Below are positions 1 to 8,613 of a stretch of 64,000 bases of DNA, in pieces (position 1 is the first letter of the stretch; every line of letters begins with the position of its first letter). The notes beneath the pieces are model-generated. The model saw only the letters and a list, made by a program, of their open reading frames with translations. It searched no databases and had not been told where the DNA came from. Made by a program: the position numbers and the translations under genes. Origin of the DNA: Bradymonadia bacterium (lineage in GTDB: Bacteria; Myxococcota_A; Bradymonadia; UBA7976; UBA1532); contig JBKAGE010000070.1 in assembly GCA_046290225.1 (NCBI GenBank), positions 64,001 through 128,000 of the forward strand, in the 5' to 3' direction.

Positions 1-1
1 C

Positions 2-271
2 CAGGTGGACGAGCTCATCTCCGAGATCGCCTCGATGGCCTCGGATCAGGCCTCGAGCATCGAGCAGGTGAGTGCTGCGGTGGGGAACCTTGACGAGACG
101 GTGCAACAGAATGCAGCCCTCGTCGAAGAGACCAACGCCGCCAGCGAAGCCCTCGACGAGCAGGCTCAGGCGCTCATCGAGATGGTCTCCACCTTCAAGG
201 TGAACGAGGAGGCCGAAGAGGTCATCGAAGAGCCTCGCTGGCGTCAGCATCAGGCCTATCGCGGGCACTGA
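2..271 (+). CDS. Methyl-accepting chemotaxis protein, C-terminal fragment (5' truncated by window edge)
   Basis: ISEIASMASDQASSIEQVSAAVGNLDETVQQNAALVEETNAASEAL matches the MCP signalling/methylation helix (QQNAALVEE motif). Confidence 0.9.
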   Translation, partial: QVDELISEIASMASDQASSIEQVSAAVGNLDETVQQNAALVEETNAASEALDEQAQALIEMVSTFKVNEEAEEVIEEPRWRQHQAYRGH

Positions 272-283
272 TCGCGCTCTGCA

Positions 284-1903
284 TCACTTGTCCATGGTGC
301 GCCACTGCACACCAGCAGGCCAAGGGACGACCGACTCGATCTTCACCGCCTCGACCGCCTCTCCCCACACAGTGACCACGACCGCTCTGCGTTGATCCAC
401 CCTGAGCAGCGCAGCAGGACGCTGGCCAAGCCTCAACGTCGCCACTGCGCTCAACGGGATCTGTCTCCCACCTGCTACGGGCAGCATCAGCGTGCGCATG
501 GCGTCGATGTCGTCGAGCGCCTTGCCCATGTTCAGCCACAGGCTGCCTTGCCTGGTGCTTGGTCGACCCGAGTGCAGGCGGTGGCGTCCCGTGGACCACC
601 TGATCGTACGGGCGACCTCAGCCGCGCTGACCCCCAGACGCGCGGCGGCTTCCCGATCGAGGTCGATGTCGATCTGCACGTCGTGTGCCTCGGCGCCTTC
701 GAGCTCCACCAGGGTGAGCGCGCTCTGGCTCCATGCCCACTTACGCAGCGCGGCAAATGATTCTTCGGCGATGCGCCCCTCGGCACCGATCAGCAACCAT
801 CGTCGATATGGTAGCAGCGACCCATGAGGCTTGATCGTCACCTCGGGCATCTGGCGAGCGGCCTCGACCAGCGGTTTCATGGCGCTGAGCGCGTCGCCAG
901 GCGTCGTCGCCCACACCCGCACAGTCTGCCCTGTGGCGTGCATCAAGCACCCTGAGCAACGTCTTACAAGCTTCTGGCCGAGATCCCACCCTGACATCGC
1001 CTTCGACTCCACGGTGATCCCTGGCGCCCCCTCGGGCGCGTGGACAAATCGCACCTTCAGATCTGGTGGGAACGACGCGAGCAGGTCAGCGGGCAATGGT
1101 AGATCTGGGGCGGGATGCCGACTCGACTGAGGCACACACAGCGCCTCCACCCCCTCGAAACCACACCGACACCCTTCTGGGTCGAAGCTCTGCTCGATGG
1201 TGGCGAGATCGCTCACCCGCACCACAGACCCATTGGGCAGAGCGATTGTAAGCGCCCCGATGCTGGGTGCAGATCCAGATCCTGATAGAGCCGAGCCATT
1301 GCGCTCGATGTGCTCGACGAGCTGTCGGACAGTGAGGCCAAAGGCGGCGAGCCGACGAGCGTCGGGGCGCAGTTCGATCTGCGGCTCCGGAGTGCAGGCG
1401 ACGGCGGTGCCATACCCGCGGGTGCGCAGCGTGTCCAGCACACCTCGACGGCGCACATCGTCCCCTCCGGAGATGACGAGCCAGCCCCGTGGCGGGTGCT
1501 CGTCCACTCGAAAGATGACGGGGATCTCTACAGCCTCTGGCAACCTCGACGAGGCCTGGCGTACAGCGACGCGCAGCCTCGACATGGCCTCCTGGGTGGA
1601 GATCTCGTGCCCGAACCGCACGGTGATCTGCGCTCTGTCGGCTCGGCTCGTACTGGAGAGCTGCTCGACGCTGGTGATGGCGCTCACCGCCTCTTCGAGG
1701 GGCGCCGTGACGAGCTGCTCCACCTCTTCTGGTGCAAAGCCCGGCGCAGCGACAGAGATGCTGTATTGCAGCGCCTCTGTGGGCTTGAACACACGCTCGA
1801 ACCAGCCCACCTGCCCATGGGCAGGGCCACTGATACTGATGAGCAGCGGGATCAAAAGGCAGCATGAGATCAGCTGCCGCCACACGACTGCACTCGAAGG
1901 CAT
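284..1903 (-). CDS. AcrB/CusA-family (RND) periplasmic-domain-only protein with N-terminal signal peptide
   Basis: PN1 motif (PGFAPEEVEQLVTAPLEEAV...SSTS), docking-domain motifs (IELRPDARRLAAFGLTV; IDLDREAAARLGVS; GRQIPLSAVA). No internal TM helices seen. Start taken at ATG 1903 (ORF track 1942). Confidence 0.7.
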   Translation of the reverse strand: MPSSAVVWRQLISCCLLIPLLISISGPAHGQVGWFERVFKPTEALQYSISVAAPGFAPEEVEQLVTAPLEEAVSAITSVEQLSSTSRADRAQITVRFGHEISTQEAMSRLRVAVRQASSRLPEAVEIPVIFRVDEHPPRGWLVISGGDDVRRRGVLDTLRTRGYGTAVACTPEPQIELRPDARRLAAFGLTVRQLVEHIERNGSALSGSGSAPSIGALTIALPNGSVVRVSDLATIEQSFDPEGCRCGFEGVEALCVPQSSRHPAPDLPLPADLLASFPPDLKVRFVHAPEGAPGITVESKAMSGWDLGQKLVRRCSGCLMHATGQTVRVWATTPGDALSAMKPLVEAARQMPEVTIKPHGSLLPYRRWLLIGAEGRIAEESFAALRKWAWSQSALTLVELEGAEAHDVQIDIDLDREAAARLGVSAAEVARTIRWSTGRHRLHSGRPSTRQGSLWLNMGKALDDIDAMRTLMLPVAGGRQIPLSAVATLRLGQRPAALLRVDQRRAVVVTVWGEAVEAVKIESVVPWPAGVQWRTMDK

Positions 1904-1968
1904 GCACGTCTCCTGGAGAACGACCGCGTGACATCGCGCCACAGAGTACGCTGGGGTACAACCGCTCT

Positions 1969-3195
1969 ATGCACGACGCACCTCATCCCCAACCTCTCTC
2001 CGGCATCAAAGTGCTCGAACTCGGGCAGCTCGTCGCTGGCCCGATGGCCGGCACCTGGCTCGCCTGGCTCGGCGCCGACGTCATCAAGGTCGAGCCCCCA
2101 GGGGGCGATCCGATCCGTACATGGCGTGGTGTAGAAGATGGGGTGAGCCTCTGGTGGCGCACTCTCGGGCGAAACAAACGCTGCATCAGCCTCGACCTGC
2201 GCAGCGACGAAGGCCGCGCGATCGTGCGCCGCCTCGTTGCCGAGGTGGATGTGCTCGTGGAGAACTTCCGCCCGGGCACCCTCGAGCGTTGGGGCCTCGA
2301 CCCAGAGCAACTGCGCCGTGAACATCCACAGCTGGTGGTGGCGCGGGTGAGCGGCTTCGGCCAGAGCGGGCCGTATGCTCGGCGGCCGGGCTACGCCAGC
2401 GTCTGCGAGGCCATGGGAGGCTTGCGACACCTCACCGGACACCCCGGCGAGCCCCCTGTGCGCACCAACCTGAGTCTCGGCGACAGCCTCGCGGCGTTAC
2501 ACACAGCTCTGGGCATCATGACGGCCCTCTACCACCGGGACGCCCGGCACGGTGGTGGTCAAATCGTCGACTCCGCCATCGCCGAGGCGGTCATGACCAT
2601 GACCGAGTCGTTGATCCCCGAGCAGGATCGCCTCGGGCACACGCGAGGGCCCTCGGGGAGCACGATCACCGGGGTGGTGCCCAGCAACGCCTACCCCTGT
2701 GCCGACGGCAAGTGGCTGGTGATCGGGGCCAACGGCGAGAGCTTGTTCAAGCGCCTCTGTGGCGTCATCGAGCGGCCTGATCTCGCCACTGAGGCCTATG
2801 CCTCGAACACCCAACGGGTGGCGGCTCGGGATCTCATCGATGGTGCCATCGGTCAGTGGACTTCGGCCCGTACTCAAGCAGAGGCCATGGTGGCCCTCGC
2901 CGAGGCCGAGGTGCCCTTCGGACCCATCTACTCGTCGGCGGACATCGTCGCGGACCCCCACTATCAAGCCCGGCAGATCTTCGAATCGGTGCAGGTGAAC
3001 GGGCGGCCTCTGAAGCTGAGCCCTCTGGGCCCGAAACTCTCGGCGACCCCAGGGCGAACCCACTGGGCGGGGCCCACCGCCGTGGGGGCCCACACCGACG
3101 AGGTCCTCGGTGAGCTGCTGGGGCTTCCACTGGCCGAGCTGGAGGCCCTCGCCGAAGCCGGTGTCATCGTCCGCGGCGCCCCGGAGAGCCCCTGA
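1969..3195 (+). CDS. CoA transferase family III (CaiB/BaiF)
   Basis: PLSGIKVLELGQLVAGP, GADVIKVEPP, RNKRCISLDL, DVLVENFRPG, VSGFGQSGPY motifs. Confidence 0.95.
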   Translation: MHDAPHPQPLSGIKVLELGQLVAGPMAGTWLAWLGADVIKVEPPGGDPIRTWRGVEDGVSLWWRTLGRNKRCISLDLRSDEGRAIVRRLVAEVDVLVENFRPGTLERWGLDPEQLRREHPQLVVARVSGFGQSGPYARRPGYASVCEAMGGLRHLTGHPGEPPVRTNLSLGDSLAALHTALGIMTALYHRDARHGGGQIVDSAIAEAVMTMTESLIPEQDRLGHTRGPSGSTITGVVPSNAYPCADGKWLVIGANGESLFKRLCGVIERPDLATEAYASNTQRVAARDLIDGAIGQWTSARTQAEAMVALAEAEVPFGPIYSSADIVADPHYQARQIFESVQVNGRPLKLSPLGPKLSATPGRTHWAGPTAVGAHTDEVLGELLGLPLAELEALAEAGVIVRGAPESP

Positions 3196-3283
3196 CCAAC
3201 GATCTGGTCTGGTGGTGCACTTACACTCAAGTACATGGCGCTGCGCGCCGAACGTACAAGTTGATCCAGAAGGTCTTGCCCCC

Positions 3284-4450
3284 ATGCGCTACTGCACCCG
3301 CTGCATTCTGCCCGAGACACGCCCCGGCATCACGCTCGACGCCGAAGGGGTCTGTACGGCTTGCCGAGGGCACGACGACAAGGTGCGTCACATCGACTGG
3401 TCAGGCCGGGCAGATGCCCTGAAGGCGATTGTGGATCGAGCGAAGTCCCGATCCACGGGGTACGACTGTGTGGTGCCGGTGAGCGGCGGCAAGGACAGCT
3501 GGTATCAGGTGATCCAGTGCCAGCGTCTGGGCCTCAACCCTCTGGCGGTGACCTGGCGCACGCCCGGCCGCACCACCTTGGGCCAGCGGAACCTCGACGG
3601 GCTGATCCGTCACCTCGGTGTGGATCACATCGACTACACCCTCAACCCCGACGTCGAGCGCCGCTTCATGAAGAAGGCCTTCGAACGCGTCGGGGCCGTG
3701 GGGCTGCCCATGCACATGGCCCTCTTCGCCATCCCGCTGAAGATGGCCGTGCAGATGCGGATCCCTCTGGTGGTTTGGGGTGAGAACCCCCAGCTCGAGT
3801 ATGGCGGCGAGGAGGCAGAGCGCCAGGCCACCCGCCTCGATCAAGCCTGGCTCGCCCGCCACGGCTGCCTGATGGGCACCACGGTGGAGGATTGGATCGA
3901 CGAAGAGGCCACAGGTGACGACCGGCTCACCGCCCGGGAGCTCACCGCGTGGCGGGTGCCCACCTTCGAGGGGGCTCAGGCGGACTTCGTGCCCGAATCG
4001 ATCTTCCTCGGGGCCTTCATGCCTTGGGACAGCTTCGAGAACGTCAAGGCCGCCCAGGCCCACGGCTTCGAGTACGCCGAGTCCGATCGGCGCATGGGCA
4101 CGTGGAGCTTCGCGGACATCGACTGTGAGTTCATGTCGCTGCACCACTACCTGAAGTGGTTCAAGTTCGGCTTCACCCGGGCCTTCGACAACCTCTCGGT
4201 CCAGATCAGGCAGGGGCAGCTGACCCGTGACGAGGCCATCGAGCGCCTCTCGGCCCTGGGGCCTCAGCACCCCCACGCCGACATCGAGGCCTTCTGCGCC
4301 TTCGTCGGCGAGCCCGTGGAATGGTTTTATCGGGTCTGCGAGCGTTTTCGTGACCCCAAAGTCTGGCAACAGCGCGTTTTTCATACCTCTTCGGGGCCCA
4401 CTCAGCGGTGGGAGATCCCGGACTTTATCGTGGAGCCATGGTCATGGTGA
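3284..4450 (+). CDS. N-acetyl sugar amidotransferase (PseA/WbuX/WbpG-like)
   Basis: N-terminal YCTRC...GVCTAC, PP-loop VPVSGGKDS, WGEN, and YLKWFKFGF motifs. Confidence 0.9.
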   Translation: MRYCTRCILPETRPGITLDAEGVCTACRGHDDKVRHIDWSGRADALKAIVDRAKSRSTGYDCVVPVSGGKDSWYQVIQCQRLGLNPLAVTWRTPGRTTLGQRNLDGLIRHLGVDHIDYTLNPDVERRFMKKAFERVGAVGLPMHMALFAIPLKMAVQMRIPLVVWGENPQLEYGGEEAERQATRLDQAWLARHGCLMGTTVEDWIDEEATGDDRLTARELTAWRVPTFEGAQADFVPESIFLGAFMPWDSFENVKAAQAHGFEYAESDRRMGTWSFADIDCEFMSLHHYLKWFKFGFTRAFDNLSVQIRQGQLTRDEAIERLSALGPQHPHADIEAFCAFVGEPVEWFYRVCERFRDPKVWQQRVFHTSSGPTQRWEIPDFIVEPWSW

Positions 4451-5346
4451 TCACTCGCCTCGTCCCCAAAGGGCAGTCCCTGCCGACCCGTGATCCGGAG
4501 GCCGCTCCGCTGGCCTGTGGCATGTGCACTGGCCGCGGTTTCAGCCAGCTCGCCCGCTTCACGGCACCCCCTCAGGGCGAGACGCGGTTCGGCTTCGCCG
4601 ATTATGCCCGCACACTCTGGCGCTGTGACTGCTGTGGCCACGTGGTGAACCGCCACGGCCTCGATCTCGAGGCGCTCTATGTAGGGCAGTACCGCGACGC
4701 CACGTATGGCGATCGCCTCAAGAGCATCTACGACCGCATCATGGCGCTGCCGGAGGGTCGGTCGGACAACCGCGGCCGCGTACGCCGCATCGAAGCCTGG
4801 TGCCAGAGCCAGTCCCTCCCCTGCCCTGGTCGGCTGCTCGACGTCGGCGCCGGTTTGGGGGTTTTCCCGGCGGCGATGGCCGAGCGTGGCTGGCAGGTGG
4901 TGGCCCTCGATCCTGATCCGGTGGCCTGTGATCATCTGCGAGACGTGGTGGAGGTAGAGACCTGGTGCGGATCTTTCGATCCCCGGGACAACTTCACCGC
5001 GCCGAAAGCCCAGCGCTTCGATCTGATCACCTTCAACAAGGTGCTTGAGCACATCGTGCCCATGGTGGAGACCCTCGCCCGGGCCCACCGCTTCCTGGCC
5101 CCTGGGGGTCAGGTCTACGTCGAGCTCCCCGACGGTGAGGGCGCCCTGGCAGACGCCGGCCCGGACCGCGAGGAGTTCTTCGTCGAGCACCACTGTGCGT
5201 TCAGTTTGCCCTCTTTCTCGCTCCTGGCCCGCAGGGCGGGTTACCGTATCGAGATGTTGGAACGCGTGCGCGAGCCCAGCGGCAAGTTCACCTTGCGCGG
5301 CTTCCTCAGCCCCGACATCACCCCAGATCTCCTCAACGACGCTTGA
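4438..5346 (+). CDS. Class I SAM-dependent methyltransferase with N-terminal CxxC...CxxC
   Basis: LLDVGAGLG motif I, FDLITFNKVLEHI, LAPGGQVYVELP; overlaps upstream gene. Confidence 0.9.
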   Translation: MVMVITRLVPKGQSLPTRDPEAAPLACGMCTGRGFSQLARFTAPPQGETRFGFADYARTLWRCDCCGHVVNRHGLDLEALYVGQYRDATYGDRLKSIYDRIMALPEGRSDNRGRVRRIEAWCQSQSLPCPGRLLDVGAGLGVFPAAMAERGWQVVALDPDPVACDHLRDVVEVETWCGSFDPRDNFTAPKAQRFDLITFNKVLEHIVPMVETLARAHRFLAPGGQVYVELPDGEGALADAGPDREEFFVEHHCAFSLPSFSLLARRAGYRIEMLERVREPSGKFTLRGFLSPDITPDLLNDA

Positions 5347-5361
5347 TTTCAGAGGTTGACC

Positions 5362-6108
5362 ATGAGTGACACCACCACATTTGGCCCCTGGCGCGCCCAG
5401 GTAGAGCCCTTCGAGGCTGACTTCTTCGGCGGCCCGGTGTGGCGCCTCTCCCTCGAAGAGGCCGACGCCTCGGAAGAGGCCATCAAGCAAGGCATCGAAG
5501 AGGCGACGAAGGCCGCCCGAGCCGGCGGCGTACGGCTGATGGTCTCCCGAGTGCCCACCTCTGGTGCCGAGGCCACCGCAGCCCTCGCCTCTGCAGGCTT
5601 CAACGCCATCGAGACCCTCGTCACCTTCAAGCGCAGCCTCGAGGGCATCGAGGCCACCATGCCCGAGCGCGTGCGGCCCATCGCCGAAGGCGACGACCGC
5701 CCGCTGGTCCAGCTCGGCCGCGCGGCCTTCAACTACGACCGCTACCACGCAGATCCCATGATCATGGATCCCATCGCCGACGCGATTAAGGGGGCCTGGG
5801 TGGAGAACGGCATCAACGGCCGCGCCGACGTCACGCTCGTGGCCGAGCACGAGGGCCGCCCGGTGGGCTTCAACCTCTGCATGCTCCGAGGCGACACGGC
5901 CATCATCGACCTCATCGCGGTAGAGCGCCGCTGCCAGGGTCAGGGCCTGGGCACTGATCTGGTGAAGGGCGCCCTGGCCTGGTTCTCCGACAAGGCCACC
6001 ACGCTCTGTGTGGGCACCCAGACGAACAACGCCCCCTCGGTGAAGATGTACACCACCTGCGGCTTCGAGGTGGCTTCAGAGGTCAAGACCTTCCACTGGC
6101 ACCCTTGA
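5362..6108 (+). CDS. GNAT N-acetyltransferase, WecD/RffC (dTDP-fucosamine acetyltransferase)-like
   Basis: IDLIAV...QGQGLG acetyl-CoA loop, VGTQTNNAPSVKMY, YDRYHADP typical of WecD-like proteins. Confidence 0.85.
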   Translation: MSDTTTFGPWRAQVEPFEADFFGGPVWRLSLEEADASEEAIKQGIEEATKAARAGGVRLMVSRVPTSGAEATAALASAGFNAIETLVTFKRSLEGIEATMPERVRPIAEGDDRPLVQLGRAAFNYDRYHADPMIMDPIADAIKGAWVENGINGRADVTLVAEHEGRPVGFNLCMLRGDTAIIDLIAVERRCQGQGLGTDLVKGALAWFSDKATTLCVGTQTNNAPSVKMYTTCGFEVASEVKTFHWHP

Positions 6109-7124
6109 GTCGCCCCCTCAAAGCCGGGGTCATCGGCCTCGGCATCGGCGAGCGCCACATCGTCGGTTATCAGAGCATCCCCAATGTCGAAGTGAAGGCG
6201 GTCTGCGACATCAACCCGGCGCAGCTCGCCGAGGTGGCCGATCGCCGTGACATTCGGGATCGATACACCGACTGGCGGCCCCTGGTGGCGGACCCTGAGA
6301 TCGACGTGGTGAGCATCTGCAGCTACGACGACGCCCATGCCGAGCAGGTGGTCGGTGCCTTCCAGAACGGGAAGCATGTCTTCGTCGAGAAGCCGCTTGC
6401 TCTGCACCCGCGTGAATCAGAGGCCATCCTCGAAGCGTGGCAGGAGAGCGGCTCCACCCTGCAGATGTCGAGCAACCTGATCTTGAGGCGCAGCCCCCGC
6501 TTCATCGATCTCAAGGCCCGACTTCAGGCCGGTGCGTTCGGCCGGATAACCTACGTAGAGGGTGATTACCTGCATCAGATCCTGCACAAGATCACCGAGG
6601 GCTGGCGGGGCAAGATGCCCTTCTACTGTGTCACCTATGGCGGTGGGATCCACCTCATCGATCTGATGCGCTGGCTCATCGACGACGAGATCGTCGAGGT
6701 GTCGAGCATGGGCACCACGGTCCTGGCCCCGGAGAGCACGTACCGTTACCCCGACTTGATCGTGAGCCTGTTGCGCTTCGCCGGCGGCGCCCTGGGTAAG
6801 TCAGTGACGCACTTCGCCCCCACCCGGACGAAGTTCCACGCCCTGCGCCTCTATGGCACCGAGCGCACCTTCATCAACGATCTCCCCCACGGGCAGGAGT
6901 TCACGGGGGATGATCCCGAGCACGACGTGCACCAGAACACGGTGCCCTACCCGGCGATGGAGAAAGGGGATCTGCTCCCGGACTTCGTCGAAGCGCTGCA
7001 ACACGGCCGACCCCCTCTGGTGACGATGTCAGATGTCTTCCGGGTGATGGATGTCTGTTTTGCCTGCTGGTCGGCGACAGAGTCTGGCCGCACGACCCCC
7101 GTGCGCTATCTACTGCCTCCCTGA
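6105..7124 (+). CDS. Gfo/Idh/MocA family oxidoreductase
   Basis: GVIGLGIG, GKHVFVEKPL, GGIHLIDL; TTGA stop/start overlap with upstream gene. Confidence 0.93.
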   Translation: MSRPLKAGVIGLGIGERHIVGYQSIPNVEVKAVCDINPAQLAEVADRRDIRDRYTDWRPLVADPEIDVVSICSYDDAHAEQVVGAFQNGKHVFVEKPLALHPRESEAILEAWQESGSTLQMSSNLILRRSPRFIDLKARLQAGAFGRITYVEGDYLHQILHKITEGWRGKMPFYCVTYGGGIHLIDLMRWLIDDEIVEVSSMGTTVLAPESTYRYPDLIVSLLRFAGGALGKSVTHFAPTRTKFHALRLYGTERTFINDLPHGQEFTGDDPEHDVHQNTVPYPAMEKGDLLPDFVEALQHGRPPLVTMSDVFRVMDVCFACWSATESGRTTPVRYLLPP

Positions 7125-7298
7125 CGCCGAGCCCGAGTGATGCACGGCGCGACTCATCTCTTCGAGTGGTGATTGGGTGGTTGAAATGGTGCGCGAGTTC
7201 CGCTAAAAACGCCCGGTTCCAAATCCCGAGCATGCTATCTCGGGTCAGTTTCGACGTATCATGATCCCCAGCGCCTCAGCTGGGGCGGGAGCAGTCAG

Positions 7299-7532
7299 AT
7301 GAAGTCCGGCATCCACCCCGAGTACAACCCCGTCGTTTTCGTGGATGGGGAGCATGAGCTCATCTCCAAGTCCACGGCGAAGTCCAACGAGGTCCGCAAC
7401 ATCGACGGTGTCGATCACTTCGTGATCCGCGTCGACATCAGCGCCTTCACCCACCCCTTCTTCACGGGTCAGCAGCGCATCGTCGACACCCAAGGTCGCG
7501 TGGAGCGCTTCCGCAAGCGCTACAAGCGCTAA
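7299..7532 (+). CDS. rpmE2: 50S ribosomal protein L31 type B (zinc-free)
   Basis: MKSGIHPEYNPVVFVD...DISAFTHPFFTGQQRIVDTQGRVERFRKRY; no CxC/CxxC zinc ligands. Confidence 0.95.
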   Translation: MKSGIHPEYNPVVFVDGEHELISKSTAKSNEVRNIDGVDHFVIRVDISAFTHPFFTGQQRIVDTQGRVERFRKRYKR

Positions 7533-7550
7533 ACAGCTCCGGTGCTGCGG

Positions 7551-7573
7551 CGGCGTCAGCCGCCGTGACGCCG
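7551..7573 (+). terminator. GC-rich hairpin downstream of rpmE2
   Basis: cggcgtca-gccgccg-tgacgccg 8-bp stem; no U-tract. Confidence 0.35.
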
Positions 7574-7922
7574 GCGATCTCCCGCCCAGCTGCGACCTTT
7601 CCGTCCTCGACGCAGCGCTGGCAAAAGCCTTCGCTGCGCCTGCGGGTGAAAGCCCACATCTGGGCGAGACCTCACCGACCTCACGACGACTGCCACCACC
7701 TCCGCACCTCCGCGGGGCACGTGCATACCCTCGTTACAGCTTTGAGGGGGTCGCTGTAGTATGCGTTGGTCGCCTTGGAGATCTCGTGTTTGAGGGCTCG
7801 TCGACTCTGATTATGAGTGCTTCTGCAGCGCTTGTTGCCGCCCCGGGTTTTGGGGAACCTGCTGGGTGGGAGATGACTTTTTCTGTGTAGGTTGAACCTT
7901 TCCTGAGGCATTGGAGGGCTGT

Positions 7923-8309
7923 ATGGATGCCGCTACTCTTCGATACTTCCACGAGAAGCTGACCGCTCTGAAAGACGAATTGCTGGATCTGGGCAGCGTC
8001 GCTGCGCCGACCACCGTTCAGGGAGACGGCAAGCGCGACGATGACGCTCAACCCCTGAACGAGATGCACCAGTCCATCGCATCTACGCGGAACAAGAATC
8101 GGGCAGAGCTGCTCGAAAAGGTGGAGGAGGCCCTGGAGCTCATCGCCGATGCGCCGGACGAGTACGGGCTCTGCGAGGAGTGCGAGACAGAGATCCCCCA
8201 TGGACGCCTCGAGCTGATGCCCTACGCCACCTCGTGCGTCCGCTGCCAGAGCAAGCGCGAGAGTCCCCGTGGTCGCGGGCGCCGTCACCTGACGGACTAC
8301 AAACGCTGA
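7923..8309 (+). CDS. TraR/DksA family C4 zinc-finger protein
   Basis: YGLCEECETEIPHGRLELMPYATSCVRCQ; coiled-coil tip DDDAQ; GGAGG RBS before ATG 7923. Confidence 0.92.
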   Translation: MDAATLRYFHEKLTALKDELLDLGSVAAPTTVQGDGKRDDDAQPLNEMHQSIASTRNKNRAELLEKVEEALELIADAPDEYGLCEECETEIPHGRLELMPYATSCVRCQSKRESPRGRGRRHLTDYKR

Positions 8310-8372
8310 AGCCCACCAGCAGTATCAAAACTCTCTCAAAAAGCTACAGCACAGGCTGCCGGAGGCAGACTC

Positions 8373-8472
8373 GGCGTCCGCTACAGCTTTCGCCGAAGGC
8401 GAGGCGTCCGCTACAGACGGCGCGCAGCGCGGTCGTCCGCTACAGGCGGTGCGCAAGCACGGCCGTCCGCTC
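8373..8472. repeat. Array of four CGTCCGCT(ACAG) units at ~30-bp period (REP-like)
   Basis: cgtccgct starts at 8375, 8405, 8434, 8464; 17-18-nt spacers are different and partly self-complementary. Confidence 0.8.
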
Positions 8473-8613
8473 GCCTGTGACCTGACAAGCACATCAGCCA
8501 CCCCATGGGACGTCGAGGTCTCACGAGTCCGCGCCCTTCTCCATCCATTTCTGCCATGCCCGCCTTGGCCCCGCTTTTGCTGAAATGCAGTGCACACCAT
8601 GGAGGGAAACCAT

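Noticed and set aside
8373..8472. Possible CRISPR array
   Set aside because: Repeat (12 bp) and spacers (17-18 bp) are too short, spacers are self-complementary, and no cas genes are in the window.
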